Below, piece by piece: positions 38,622 through 47,924 of a DNA stretch of 64,000 nt (within the stretch, counting starts at the first letter, position 1; each line of letters begins with the position of its first letter). A model generated the notes under the pieces. The model searched no databases. It saw nothing but the letters and a program-made list of their open reading frames with translations, and had not been told where the DNA came from. The position numbers and the translations under genes were made by a program. Source of the DNA: Terrimicrobiaceae bacterium (GTDB taxonomy: Bacteria > Verrucomicrobiota > Verrucomicrobiia > Chthoniobacterales > Terrimicrobiaceae); NCBI GenBank assembly GCA_041752695.1, contig JBGSVZ010000050.1, positions 1-64,000 of the forward strand, in the 5' to 3' direction.

Positions 38622-39834
38622 ACCCGCAATCGGGAGTGCGGTGATTTTGTGCGGAGGGAAGGGAACGCGGCTGCGGGCTGCGGTTTCTGATCGTCCGAAG
38701 CCGCTGGCCTGGATTGCCGGGCGTCCTTTTATCACCTATCTGCTGGAGGAACTCGAAAATGCCGGAGTGCGCCATTGCGTGTTGGCCACAGGGTATCTGG
38801 GGGGACAGTTCCAAAAGGTGCTGGGCGATGTTTTTGGGAAGCTGGCTCTCGCCTATTCCCACGAGGAGACCGCGTTGGGAACGGGGGGCGCCCTGCGCCA
38901 GGCGGTGGTGCATCTGCCCGGCGACGGACCGGTGGCCATTCTCAACGGGGATTCCTACTGCGCTTGTGACTGGAATGCGCTGGCGGCTGCGCACCGGGCT
39001 GCCGGACGGCTGGCGACGATGGTGGTGACGCCATTCCGCGGCCCGGGGAGATTTGGCGGGCCGATTTGTGATGGCACCGGGGCGGTCACAGCCTTTGCTC
39101 CAGCCCATGGGGAGGATTCGTTAATCAACGCGGGCATCTATTTGGTGGAGCCAGCCCTTTGCGCGGAGATTCCCGGGGACCGTGAGTGTTCGCTCGAGCG
39201 GGAGATTTTTCCCGCCCTGGCCACCGCGGGCAGGCTGCACGGCTTCCGCTCGGAAGGGCCGTTGCTCGACATCGGTCTGCCCGAAACCTTTCACATCGCC
39301 CAGAGAATTTTCCGGACGGCGAAACCTCCGGAGTTTTGGGACCGCCAAAAACTGCGCGATCTGAACCCCAAAAGCGCCGCCATGTTTGCACCCAGGGAGG
39401 CCTCCGAAATCAATAAGTGGAAGCTGGCGGTCGGGGTGATTTTGCGCAACGTCCGCGGGGAAATTCTCCTCGAACGCCGGGCCGATTGCGGCCTGTGGGG
39501 CTTGCCCGGGGGACGAATGGATCTGGGAGAATCCGCCTGCGAAACCGCCATCCGCGAACTGCGGGAAGAGACAGGATTGGAAATTATTGTGGAGCGGCTG
39601 GTGGGGGTCTATACCGAACCCGTCGGCCGGGTCATCGCCTACGAGGGCGGGGACGTGGTGCAGTGCCTGACGATTGTGGTGGAGGCCTCGTTCGCCGGAG
39701 GAAGTCCCGTTTTGTCCTCCGAAAGTCTGGCGATGGAGTTTTTTGCCCCCGATCAACTGCCGCCCGATACTCTCCCCCACGCGCAAGAATGCTTGATCGA
39801 CTGCCTGCAAAAGGTCGAAGCTGTTCTCCACTAG
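38614..39834 (+). CDS. Sugar-phosphate nucleotidyltransferase (HddC-like) fused to a NUDIX hydrolase
   Basis: ILCGGKGTRLR...PKP, LGTGGA, LNGDS, INAGIY, DIGLP; NUDIX box GGRMDLGESACETAIRELREETGL. Confidence 0.88.
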   Translation: MSEPAIGSAVILCGGKGTRLRAAVSDRPKPLAWIAGRPFITYLLEELENAGVRHCVLATGYLGGQFQKVLGDVFGKLALAYSHEETALGTGGALRQAVVHLPGDGPVAILNGDSYCACDWNALAAAHRAAGRLATMVVTPFRGPGRFGGPICDGTGAVTAFAPAHGEDSLINAGIYLVEPALCAEIPGDRECSLEREIFPALATAGRLHGFRSEGPLLDIGLPETFHIAQRIFRTAKPPEFWDRQKLRDLNPKSAAMFAPREASEINKWKLAVGVILRNVRGEILLERRADCGLWGLPGGRMDLGESACETAIRELREETGLEIIVERLVGVYTEPVGRVIAYEGGDVVQCLTIVVEASFAGGSPVLSSESLAMEFFAPDQLPPDTLPHAQECLIDCLQKVEAVLH

Positions 39835-39841
39835 AAATTTC

Positions 39842-40843
39842 ATGGTCATCAGTCGTACCCCCTATCGCATTTCCTTCCTTGGTGGAGGGTCCGACTACCC
39901 GGCTTGGTATCAGGAACACGGCGGCTGCGTGCTCGGCTCGACCATTGACCGTTATTGTTATCTAACCTGCCGGTATTTGCCGCCGTTTTTTGAGCACAAA
40001 TTTCGGGTGGTCTATTCGCTGATTGAGGACTGCAAGGAGATCTCGGAAATCCAGCATCCCGTCGTGCGGGAGGTTCTGCGGTTTTTGGAATTTCAGCATG
40101 GCTTGGAAATTCACCACGATGGCGACCTCCCCGCGCGCAGCGGCATCGGATCGAGTTCCTCATTTACGGTTGGCCTGCTGCATGCGCTGAAGGCTCTGCG
40201 CGGCGAAATGTCCTCACAAGGCGAACTGGCCCAGTCCGCCATTCACGTCGAACAGGAACGCCTGCAGGAAAATGTGGGCGTTCAGGACCAGATTCTGGCT
40301 TCCTTTGGCGGACTCCGTCATGTGGAAATCTCCCCGACCGGCGAATACTCGGCTCGTCCCGTCATCCTCCCGGCGCACCGGCTAGAAGAGTTTTCCTCGT
40401 GGACGATGTTGTTTTTCACCGGCATCAAACGTCTCTCCTCGGATATTGCCGCCACTTACGTGACAAAGCTTGACCAAAAAGCCGAGCAGATGCATCGCGT
40501 GCAGCGCAGCGTGGGACTCGGGGTGGAGCTTTTGCTGGGGCAGAATCTCAAAGAATTCGGGTGTTTGCTCCACGAATCCTGGCTGGCCAAAAAATCACTC
40601 AGTCCGGCGGTGTCGCGACCGGAAATTGATGAAATTTATGACGAGGCTCTCGCGGCCGGTGCGGTCGGCGGGAAAATCCTTGGAGCCGGGGGCGGCGGGT
40701 TTATGCTTTTGATCGTGCCGCCCGAAAAACGCGAGTCGGTTCGCGCCCGCCTGCACAAGCTCATTTGCGTGCCGTTTTCCCTGGAGAGTTCGGGAAGCCA
40801 GGTCATCTATTACGAACCCGAGAAAATTGAGGAACCTATATGA
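39842..40843 (+). CDS. hddA: GHMP kinase, heptose-7-phosphate kinase-like
   Basis: TPYRISFLGGGSD, LPARSGIGSSSS, GVQDQ, GGKILGAGGGG. Confidence 0.88.
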   Translation: MVISRTPYRISFLGGGSDYPAWYQEHGGCVLGSTIDRYCYLTCRYLPPFFEHKFRVVYSLIEDCKEISEIQHPVVREVLRFLEFQHGLEIHHDGDLPARSGIGSSSSFTVGLLHALKALRGEMSSQGELAQSAIHVEQERLQENVGVQDQILASFGGLRHVEISPTGEYSARPVILPAHRLEEFSSWTMLFFTGIKRLSSDIAATYVTKLDQKAEQMHRVQRSVGLGVELLLGQNLKEFGCLLHESWLAKKSLSPAVSRPEIDEIYDEALAAGAVGGKILGAGGGGFMLLIVPPEKRESVRARLHKLICVPFSLESSGSQVIYYEPEKIEEPI

Positions 40844-41442
40844 TGACAGCCGCCGAACTGATCGCTTTCGAGGAGGAGATCGCCGAACTTTTTAACAACG
40901 CGAAGATCGCCGCGCCCGTGCATTTTTACAACGGCAACGAAGAGCAGATCATCGAGATTTTTCGCGAGGTTCGCCCTGGCGATTGGGTGATGTGTTCGTG
41001 GCGCAGTCACTATCAATGTCTGCTGAAGGGAGTGCCGCCGGACCAACTTCGCGCGGAAATCATGGCAGGGCGTTCCATCACCCTGTGTTTCCCGGAACAT
41101 AAAATCCTGTCGTCGGCCATCGTCGGCGGCATTCTCCCCATCGCGCTCGGTGTGGCTCTCGGACTCAAACGGTCGGGATCGGAGGACCGGGTCTTTTGTT
41201 TCCTGGGGGAAATGACGGCGGAAACCGGCATGGCTGCGAGTTGCATCAAGTACGCCACCAATCACGATCTTCCTATTATTTTTGTCATTGAGGACAACGC
41301 GAAATCCGTCTGCACCGACACCCGGGAGACGTGGAATGTTTCCGCCCTGACCTACGAAAATGCCGGGATGCCAAACATTCGGTATTACCACTACAAGAGC
41401 AAATACCCCCATGCCGGCGCGGGAGTGAGGGTCCAGTTTTAA
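40840..41442 (+). CDS. Short TPP-dependent enzyme, E1-alpha-like subunit
   Basis: PVHFYNGNE, WRSHY, SSAIVGG, variant TPP motif GEMT...VIEDN. Confidence 0.85.
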   Translation: MMTAAELIAFEEEIAELFNNAKIAAPVHFYNGNEEQIIEIFREVRPGDWVMCSWRSHYQCLLKGVPPDQLRAEIMAGRSITLCFPEHKILSSAIVGGILPIALGVALGLKRSGSEDRVFCFLGEMTAETGMAASCIKYATNHDLPIIFVIEDNAKSVCTDTRETWNVSALTYENAGMPNIRYYHYKSKYPHAGAGVRVQF

Positions 41443-41447
41443 ATTTT

Positions 41448-41984
41448 ATGCGTTACGCTGAAGCCCTTACCGCCGCGATGGATCTGCTGGCCCTTGATCC
41501 CCGGGTCGTCTTTCTTGGTCAGGCCGTCTCCGTGCCGGGCACGGCCATGTTTGGCACGCTGAAAAATGTCGCGATGGAAAGGCGGTTGGAGTTGCCCGTC
41601 GAAGAAGACATGCAGATGGGCATGAGCACCGGGCTGGCTTTGACCGGAGCGATTCCCGTGAGCATTTTCCCGCGCTGGAATTTTCTGCTTTTGGCCACCA
41701 ATCAATTGGTGAACCACCTCGACAAGATGTCGGACATTTCCTGCGGACACTTCCGTCCCAAGGTGATCATCCGGACGTCCATCGGTTCCGAACGTCCACT
41801 GCATCCGGGACACCAACACGTCGGCGACTACACCGAGGCGTTTCGTCTCCTCTGCAAGACCGTTGAGGTCGTTCGGCTCGAAGAGCCCGGAGACATTCTG
41901 CCAGCCTATGAAAAGGCCCTCCACCGCGAAGATGGGCGGTCGACTCTGCTCGTCGAATACGGAGACTACCATGGAGAAAAGTGA
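41448..41984 (+). CDS. Short TPP-dependent enzyme, E1-beta-like subunit (pyrimidine-binding domain only)
   Basis: FLGQAV, ELPVEEDMQMG...GLA, NQLVNHLDK, HPGHQH, LLVEY; ends at 178 aa. Confidence 0.85.
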   Translation: MRYAEALTAAMDLLALDPRVVFLGQAVSVPGTAMFGTLKNVAMERRLELPVEEDMQMGMSTGLALTGAIPVSIFPRWNFLLLATNQLVNHLDKMSDISCGHFRPKVIIRTSIGSERPLHPGHQHVGDYTEAFRLLCKTVEVVRLEEPGDILPAYEKALHREDGRSTLLVEYGDYHGEK

Positions 41985-43164
41985 CGCCCTGCCGGACCTC
42001 GACTGGCCGTTGATGCGGAACAACATCACCCGCGAAGATCTGGGACGGGTGATCGAGTTTCTCTCCACCGAAGAACCGCCCATTCTCACGCAGTCCGCCA
42101 ACGTCCGGGCCCTGGAAGAGGAGTGGAGCAAATGGCTGGGCGTGCGGCACAGCGTTTTTGTCAACTCGGGCTCTTCGGCGAATCTGATAACCCTCCACGC
42201 GCTCCGTGAGATGCAGGAGGGCGGGGAAGTTATTGTCCCGCCTCTCACCTGGAGTTCCGACGTCTCCGCGGTGTTGCACGCGGGGTTTGATCCCGTCTTC
42301 GTCGACATCGACCGCCGCACGCTGGGCATGGACAATGACAAGGTCATTGCGGCCCTGACCGAAGAAACCCGCGCGGTTTTTCTCACTCATATCCTGGGCT
42401 ATAACGCGCTCTCGGACCGTCTGCTGGCAGAACTGGAGAAGCGTGGGATTCCGTTGATTGAGGATGTTTGCGAGTCGCACGGAGCGGCACATCAGGGTCG
42501 GCGCTTGGGTTCTTTGGGATTTGCCTCCAACTTTTCGTTCTACTACGCGCACCACATGAGCACGATCGAAGGAGGGATGGTGTGCACCAATGACAGCGAT
42601 TTTTACGAACTCATCCGCATGGCCCGCTCGCACGGGATGGTTCGTGAAATCCAGTCCGCCGAACGCAAGCAGAGATATGCGGAGGAACACCCGGACCTCA
42701 ATCCGGCGTTCATTTTCTCCATGCCGGGCTTTAATGTCCGCAGCACGGAAATCAATGCCGTCCTTGGCCGGTCTCAGCTTCCCCGCCTCGACGCCAACAA
42801 CAAAATCCGCACGCGCAACCTTCTGCTCTTTCTGGAAAATCTGGATCCCGGCCGTTTTCAGACGGACTTCGCGGTGGAGGAAAGCTCGAACTACGCTTTC
42901 ACGCTCGTCCTGAAGAAAGCGGATGAAGAGCTGAGGGATCGGGTCGAGAAATGCCTCGCCACCATGCGGGTCGAGTGCCGGCGGGGAACCTCCGGTGGGG
43001 GAAATCAGCTGCGCCAGCCGTATTTGCGCAAGCGCTTCGGGGATCTCTACAAAAACTACCCGCAGGTTGATCATGTCCACTTCTTCGGCTACTACATCGG
43101 GAACTATCCCGACTTGGAGACCGAAAAAATTCACGCTCTTTGCCGCGCCCTCAACGCATGCTGA
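41971..43164 (+). CDS. DegT/DnrJ-family PLP enzyme, ColD-like sugar 3-dehydratase
   Basis: VNSGSSAN, IEDVCESHGA, FSFYYAHHMSTIEGG with His at the usual Schiff-base Lys position. Confidence 0.85.
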   Translation: MEKSDALPDLDWPLMRNNITREDLGRVIEFLSTEEPPILTQSANVRALEEEWSKWLGVRHSVFVNSGSSANLITLHALREMQEGGEVIVPPLTWSSDVSAVLHAGFDPVFVDIDRRTLGMDNDKVIAALTEETRAVFLTHILGYNALSDRLLAELEKRGIPLIEDVCESHGAAHQGRRLGSLGFASNFSFYYAHHMSTIEGGMVCTNDSDFYELIRMARSHGMVREIQSAERKQRYAEEHPDLNPAFIFSMPGFNVRSTEINAVLGRSQLPRLDANNKIRTRNLLLFLENLDPGRFQTDFAVEESSNYAFTLVLKKADEELRDRVEKCLATMRVECRRGTSGGGNQLRQPYLRKRFGDLYKNYPQVDHVHFFGYYIGNYPDLETEKIHALCRALNAC

Positions 43165-44696
43165 ACCGTCCCCTCGATGTCTTGTTTGTCGAATCCGACG
43201 CCTCCGGGGCTTATCAGGATCTGGCTAAGGTTTTCACGGCAATCGAAACGCCGACCTGGAGCCTTCTCCTGGCCCAGAGCTGCCGGTCGCGCGGTTTTGG
43301 GGTGGCCATTCTTGATGGCAACGCTGAGCGTTTGAATGCCCCGGCGGCGCTGCAGCGCATTGCGGCGCACCAAGCCAATCTGGTGTGTTTTGTGGTGTAC
43401 GGTCAGAATCCCAATTCGGGGACGACCAACATGGCGGGGGCTTTGGCGCTTTGTCGGCAGTTGAAGGCCGAGAATCCCACGCAGTTGACCGCTTTCGTCG
43501 GTTCGCATACCAGTGCTCTTCCGCTGGAGGTGCTGGCCGAGGCTGCCGTGGATTTCGTTTTCACCAATGAGGGGGTGTATGCGCTGTGGAATATGCTCTC
43601 GGCCATCCGCGAGCATACCGCGCCCAACTGGGAGAAAATTCGCGGCATCGGCTGGAAAAATGCCGGAGTGCCGACCCTCAACGACCCTGAGCGTGTTGTC
43701 CCTCAGGACCGCATGGCGGAGGATCTTCCGGGCTACGCCTGGGATTTGCTCCCCTACAAGGAGCGACCCCTGGATCTGTATCGGGCCCATTTCTGGCATT
43801 CGCGATTCGACCATAATCTGCGCACGCCTTTCGCGGCGATCTACACCTCGCTGGGGTGCCGGTTTGCCTGCAATTTCTGCATGATCAATATTGTGAATCG
43901 GAACGATCATCGCCTGGAGGGCGTGTCGTCCGACTACAAGGGCATGCGCTACTGGCCGCCGGAGTTTATGCTCGGAGAAATCCGGAAACTCGCGGGACTT
44001 GGGGTGGAAACCCTGCGGATCTCCGACGAGATGTTTTTCCTCGATAAGCGGTTTTATGAACCCCTGCTGCGCGGAGTCATCGACGAAGGCATCAAACTGC
44101 GCACCTGGACGTATTCGCGCGTGGATACCGTGCGAACCGAGTATTTGGATCTTTTCCGTCAGGCCGGTGTCGAGTGGCTCGCCCTGGGTATCGAGGCGGG
44201 AAACCAGACGGTGCGCAAGGAAGTGTCCAAAGGCTCGTTCAAGGAAGTTGACATTCGCGAGGTGGTCGCCGACACGCGCAACGCCGGTATTAACGTGATT
44301 TCAAATTACATTTTCGGATTTCCCGAAGACACAATCGAGACCATGCAGCAAACGCTGGATCTTGCGTTGGAGCTGAATACCGAGATGGCCAACATGTATC
44401 CCTGCATGGCGCTGCCCGGCAGCCCGCTTTACCATCAGGCCAAGGCCGAAGGCTGGCCCCTGCCGACCTCGCCGGCCGGGTACGGATTCCTTTCTTACGA
44501 CTCTCAGCCGCTCCCGACGAAGCATGTCTCTGCCGCAGATGTGTTGCGGTTTCGCGACGAAGCCTGGCGGAAATATTTCACCAACCCCGAGTTTCTCAGC
44601 CTCATCGAGCGGCGGTTTGGACTCACCGAACGGTCAAATATTGAGGATATGACGAAAATCAAGTTGCGTCGGAAGCTCCTCGGAGATTCGCACTGA
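43158..44696 (+). CDS. Cobalamin-binding radical SAM protein
   Basis: N-terminal B12-binding-like region, TSLGCRFACNFC (CxxxCxxC), DEMF, YIFGFPED, PGSPLY. Confidence 0.9.
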   Translation: MLNRPLDVLFVESDASGAYQDLAKVFTAIETPTWSLLLAQSCRSRGFGVAILDGNAERLNAPAALQRIAAHQANLVCFVVYGQNPNSGTTNMAGALALCRQLKAENPTQLTAFVGSHTSALPLEVLAEAAVDFVFTNEGVYALWNMLSAIREHTAPNWEKIRGIGWKNAGVPTLNDPERVVPQDRMAEDLPGYAWDLLPYKERPLDLYRAHFWHSRFDHNLRTPFAAIYTSLGCRFACNFCMINIVNRNDHRLEGVSSDYKGMRYWPPEFMLGEIRKLAGLGVETLRISDEMFFLDKRFYEPLLRGVIDEGIKLRTWTYSRVDTVRTEYLDLFRQAGVEWLALGIEAGNQTVRKEVSKGSFKEVDIREVVADTRNAGINVISNYIFGFPEDTIETMQQTLDLALELNTEMANMYPCMALPGSPLYHQAKAEGWPLPTSPAGYGFLSYDSQPLPTKHVSAADVLRFRDEAWRKYFTNPEFLSLIERRFGLTERSNIEDMTKIKLRRKLLGDSH

Positions 44697-45056
44697 GCGA
44701 GAACAGACTGTTGCGGCGGGGACTCCTCGCTGCCGTCCTTTGTTAAGGTGAGCACTTTGTTTTGCGACATCATCGGCGAGGCCAAACCGATGGCAATCTC
44801 CCGCACCACGAGCAGGGCTGTTGCGCCAAGAGGCCCGGAATCAGCGTTGCCAGGAGATATTAATAAGGACGAGATATTCTAAGGCTGCGAGCGCTGCGCA
44901 CAAGGTGGGGTCGCCCGGCGAGTCAAAGGGGAAGCTTTGGAAAACGGGGATCTGCGGGCCTCTCGCCCACAATATTCCCCACCGAGATCGCAAGTGGGGC
45001 ATGGCAACAATAATGTGCTTGCGCCTGATGAAGGGCAACTGGTAGCTCTTCGCCTG

Positions 45057-46706
45057 ATGCCACAAGTCCCCTACGACTCCCGCCGAAGGAACAAAGCGTC
45101 CAGGCTGTCACGTGCTTCGTCGCTGGCACAGGGCAAGTTGGTCCCCCACGAAAAAACGGCGGATTTGCTCCGGGCGGTTTTGGAACCCGGCGACATTCTC
45201 TGCCTCGAAGGGGACAATCAAAAACAGGCGGATTTCCTCGCCGCAGAACTGGCTGGCCTCGACCCGAGCGAGCTGCGCGACATTCATCTCGTGATGTCCT
45301 GTATCACCCTTCCCTCCCACATTGAGTTGTTCAAAAAAGGGATGATCAAAAAGGTGGACTTCGCCTACGCCGGGCCACAGGGGGCGGCGGTGGCGGAATT
45401 GCTGGCGGCGGGAAAGTTTCCCATTGGAGCGATTCACACCTACAACGAGCTTTACGCTCGGTATTACATCGATCTGACCCCGCGGGTCGCCCTGATCGCG
45501 GCGGCCAAGGCGGATCGCGCGGGCAATCTTTTTCTCGCGGCCAACACAGAGGAAACGCCTGCCATTGTGGAGCCAACGGCTTTCTACGACGGCATCGTCA
45601 TCGCTCAGGTCAATGAGATTGTGGACACCCTTCCGCGCATTGATGTGCCAACCGACCAAGTGGACTTCGTGATCGAGGCGCCGTATCCGATGCACCTCAC
45701 CGCCCTTTTCACGCGTGATCCCGCCGCGATTACCGACACCCAGATTCTCATGGCGATGATCGCCATCAAGGGGATCTACCAGGAATACGAAGTCGAATCG
45801 CTGAACCACGGCATCGGCTTCGACACTGCGGCCATTGAACTTCTTCTTCCGACCTACGGCGAGGAACTCGGACTCAAGGGAAAGATTTGCAAATATTGGA
45901 TGGTCAATCCGCTGCCAACCATGATTCCGGCCATTGAATCCGGGTGGGTGGACACGGTGTTCTCCGTGGGTGGTGAGGTCGGGATGGAGCGCTACACCGC
46001 CGCGCGGTCGGACATTTATTTTACCGGTCGCGATGGCAGTTTCCACTCGAACCGGCCCATGGGGCAGCTCGCGGGTCACTACGCGCTAGATATGTTTATC
46101 GGGGCCAGCCTGCAAATCGATATTCACGGAAATTCTTCCACGGTCTCGAAAGGCCGCATCACGGGATTCGGCGGAGCGCCGAACATGGGTTGTCAACCCA
46201 ACGGAAGACGCCATCCCTCCAAGGCTTGGTTAAAAGCCGGTCGCGAAGCCAACCCGGGCCCGGGTGCGCTTCCCGGACGGAAGCTGGTGGTCCAGATGGT
46301 CGAGACGTTTCAGGCCGGACGTGTCCCGACCTTTGTCGAAACTTTGGATGCGCAGGATCCTTCCGTGAAGAGCGCCATGCAGGGTGTTGCTCCCATCATG
46401 ATCTACGGCGACGATGTCACACATATCGTCACGGAGGAAGGTATCGCCAATCTGGGCGCCTGCCGCACGCAGGAAGAGCGCACAGCCGCCATCCGCGGGG
46501 TGGCGGGATACACCCCGGTGGGACTCAAACGTTCGTCCGCCGACACCGCCGCTCTGCGCGCCCGCGGCATCATCAAACTGCCCGAAGATCTCGGCGTGGC
46601 TCCCGCCCGCGCCAACCGCGGCCTGCTCGCCGCCCAGGAAATCAAGGACCTCGTGCGTTGGTCGGGCGGGCTCTACGATCCTCCGTCCCAATTTGTGGAT
46701 TGGTAG
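45057..46706 (+). CDS. mdcA: Malonate decarboxylase alpha subunit
   Basis: LEGDNQKQADFL, AIHTYNELYARY, TRDP, GFGGAPNMG, MIYGDDVTHIVTEEGIA, WSGGLYDPP. Confidence 0.95.
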   Translation: MPQVPYDSRRRNKASRLSRASSLAQGKLVPHEKTADLLRAVLEPGDILCLEGDNQKQADFLAAELAGLDPSELRDIHLVMSCITLPSHIELFKKGMIKKVDFAYAGPQGAAVAELLAAGKFPIGAIHTYNELYARYYIDLTPRVALIAAAKADRAGNLFLAANTEETPAIVEPTAFYDGIVIAQVNEIVDTLPRIDVPTDQVDFVIEAPYPMHLTALFTRDPAAITDTQILMAMIAIKGIYQEYEVESLNHGIGFDTAAIELLLPTYGEELGLKGKICKYWMVNPLPTMIPAIESGWVDTVFSVGGEVGMERYTAARSDIYFTGRDGSFHSNRPMGQLAGHYALDMFIGASLQIDIHGNSSTVSKGRITGFGGAPNMGCQPNGRRHPSKAWLKAGREANPGPGALPGRKLVVQMVETFQAGRVPTFVETLDAQDPSVKSAMQGVAPIMIYGDDVTHIVTEEGIANLGACRTQEERTAAIRGVAGYTPVGLKRSSADTAALRARGIIKLPEDLGVAPARANRGLLAAQEIKDLVRWSGGLYDPPSQFVDW

Positions 46707-46725
46707 CCCCAGGAGCTGAATTTTT

Positions 46726-47049
46726 ATGGAAGCATTCCAACAATCTTTTCCTTCCCACGCCCTTGCCTGGCCACCCTCCCGGAAATGGGCGCTCGCTGGG
46801 GTGGTCGGTTCCGGCAATCTGGAGGTCCTCATCGAGCCTAATCCCGCCGCTCCCGACACCGTCAGCTACTCGGTTGAGACTCCGATTCCTGGTTATAGAG
46901 ACTCGTGGCTCGCTGCGCTCTCCGACTTCTCCGCGCATTACGCCGTGGGCGGAACGACCATTACTTTGCACGACCAGGGCGCGCCTCCGGTCGTCGTCAA
47001 ATTGCGCCTACGCCAAGCCCTCGACCTGCTGACCTCCGCCCAATCATGA
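46726..47049 (+). CDS. mdcC: Malonate decarboxylase acyl carrier protein
   Basis: GVVGSGNLEVL (prosthetic-group Ser), DQGAPP.VV.LRL.Q. Confidence 0.93.
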   Translation: MEAFQQSFPSHALAWPPSRKWALAGVVGSGNLEVLIEPNPAAPDTVSYSVETPIPGYRDSWLAALSDFSAHYAVGGTTITLHDQGAPPVVVKLRLRQALDLLTSAQS

Positions 47050-47924
47050 GCCTGACTCCCTATCACGAACTCAAGGCGCGGGAACGAATTGCCGTCATCG
47101 CCGACGCCGGATCCTTCCGGGAAATCCTGCCGCCCCCGGAACGGGTCATGAGCACCTATCTACCGAAACTCGGCATCCCCGTTTCCTTCGACGACGGACT
47201 GGCTATTGGGCACGCCACGATCGGCGGCAAGCCGGTTTACCTGGCGGCCCAAGTCGGACAATTTGTCGGCGGTTCCGTCGGTGAAGTGCATTCGGCCAAG
47301 CTCGTCGGACTCCTGAAATCCGCCGCCCGCGACAAAATTCCCTGCGTGTTCCTCATCGAAAGCGGCGGTGTGCGTTTGCACGAGGGTTCTTCGGGCGAAA
47401 TCGGCATCGCGGAGGCCATCCGCGCCGTCTTCTCCTGCCGCGCTGCCGGAGCCACCACGCTCGCAGTCATCGGTTCCGACATCGGAGCTTACGGCGGAAT
47501 GGGCATCCTGTCTTCGTGCTGTGATTTTCGCCTCATGACCGAACACGGCCGCCTCGGCATTTCCGGTCCCATCGTGATCGAAAAATGGATGGGCAAGCAG
47601 GCTTTCGATTCCGCCAATCGCGCCTTGGTTTGGAAGACCAGCGGAGGCAAGACACGCTATGTCCTCGGCGATGCCGATCTGTTGGTCAACGATTCGGCCG
47701 ACTCCGTTCGCGCGGGCATTATTTCGTTTCTCAGCAAATCGGCCAAACCCGATCTGGCCATGGTGGAGGCCCGGCAAGCCAGTCTGGAAGCCCGCCTGGA
47801 AAAATTCGGTCAGATCAGCGATCCCGACGAAATCTGGAAAACCTGCGGAATCACCGATATCGCCGCTGCCTCGCTGGCGGAGGCCGAAGATTTTGCCAAA
47901 TCTTTTCACCCGCAAAACTCATGA
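47046..47924 (+). CDS. mdcD: Malonate decarboxylase beta subunit
   Basis: ARERI, FDDG, GGSVGEVH.AK, ESGGVRLHE, GISGP.VIE; position in the mdc operon. Confidence 0.92.
   Translation: MSLTPYHELKARERIAVIADAGSFREILPPPERVMSTYLPKLGIPVSFDDGLAIGHATIGGKPVYLAAQVGQFVGGSVGEVHSAKLVGLLKSAARDKIPCVFLIESGGVRLHEGSSGEIGIAEAIRAVFSCRAAGATTLAVIGSDIGAYGGMGILSSCCDFRLMTEHGRLGISGPIVIEKWMGKQAFDSANRALVWKTSGGKTRYVLGDADLLVNDSADSVRAGIISFLSKSAKPDLAMVEARQASLEARLEKFGQISDPDEIWKTCGITDIAAASLAEAEDFAKSFHPQNS

Noticed and set aside
40840..41984. Pyruvate dehydrogenase pdhA/pdhB call
   Set aside because: Both chains are too short, no E2/E3 genes are present, and the context is sugar biosynthesis.
44697..45056. Possible riboswitch, ncRNA or gene remnant upstream of mdcA
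   Set aside because: No recognisable RNA motif, strong hairpin or protein motif by eye; an Rfam/BLASTx search would be needed.
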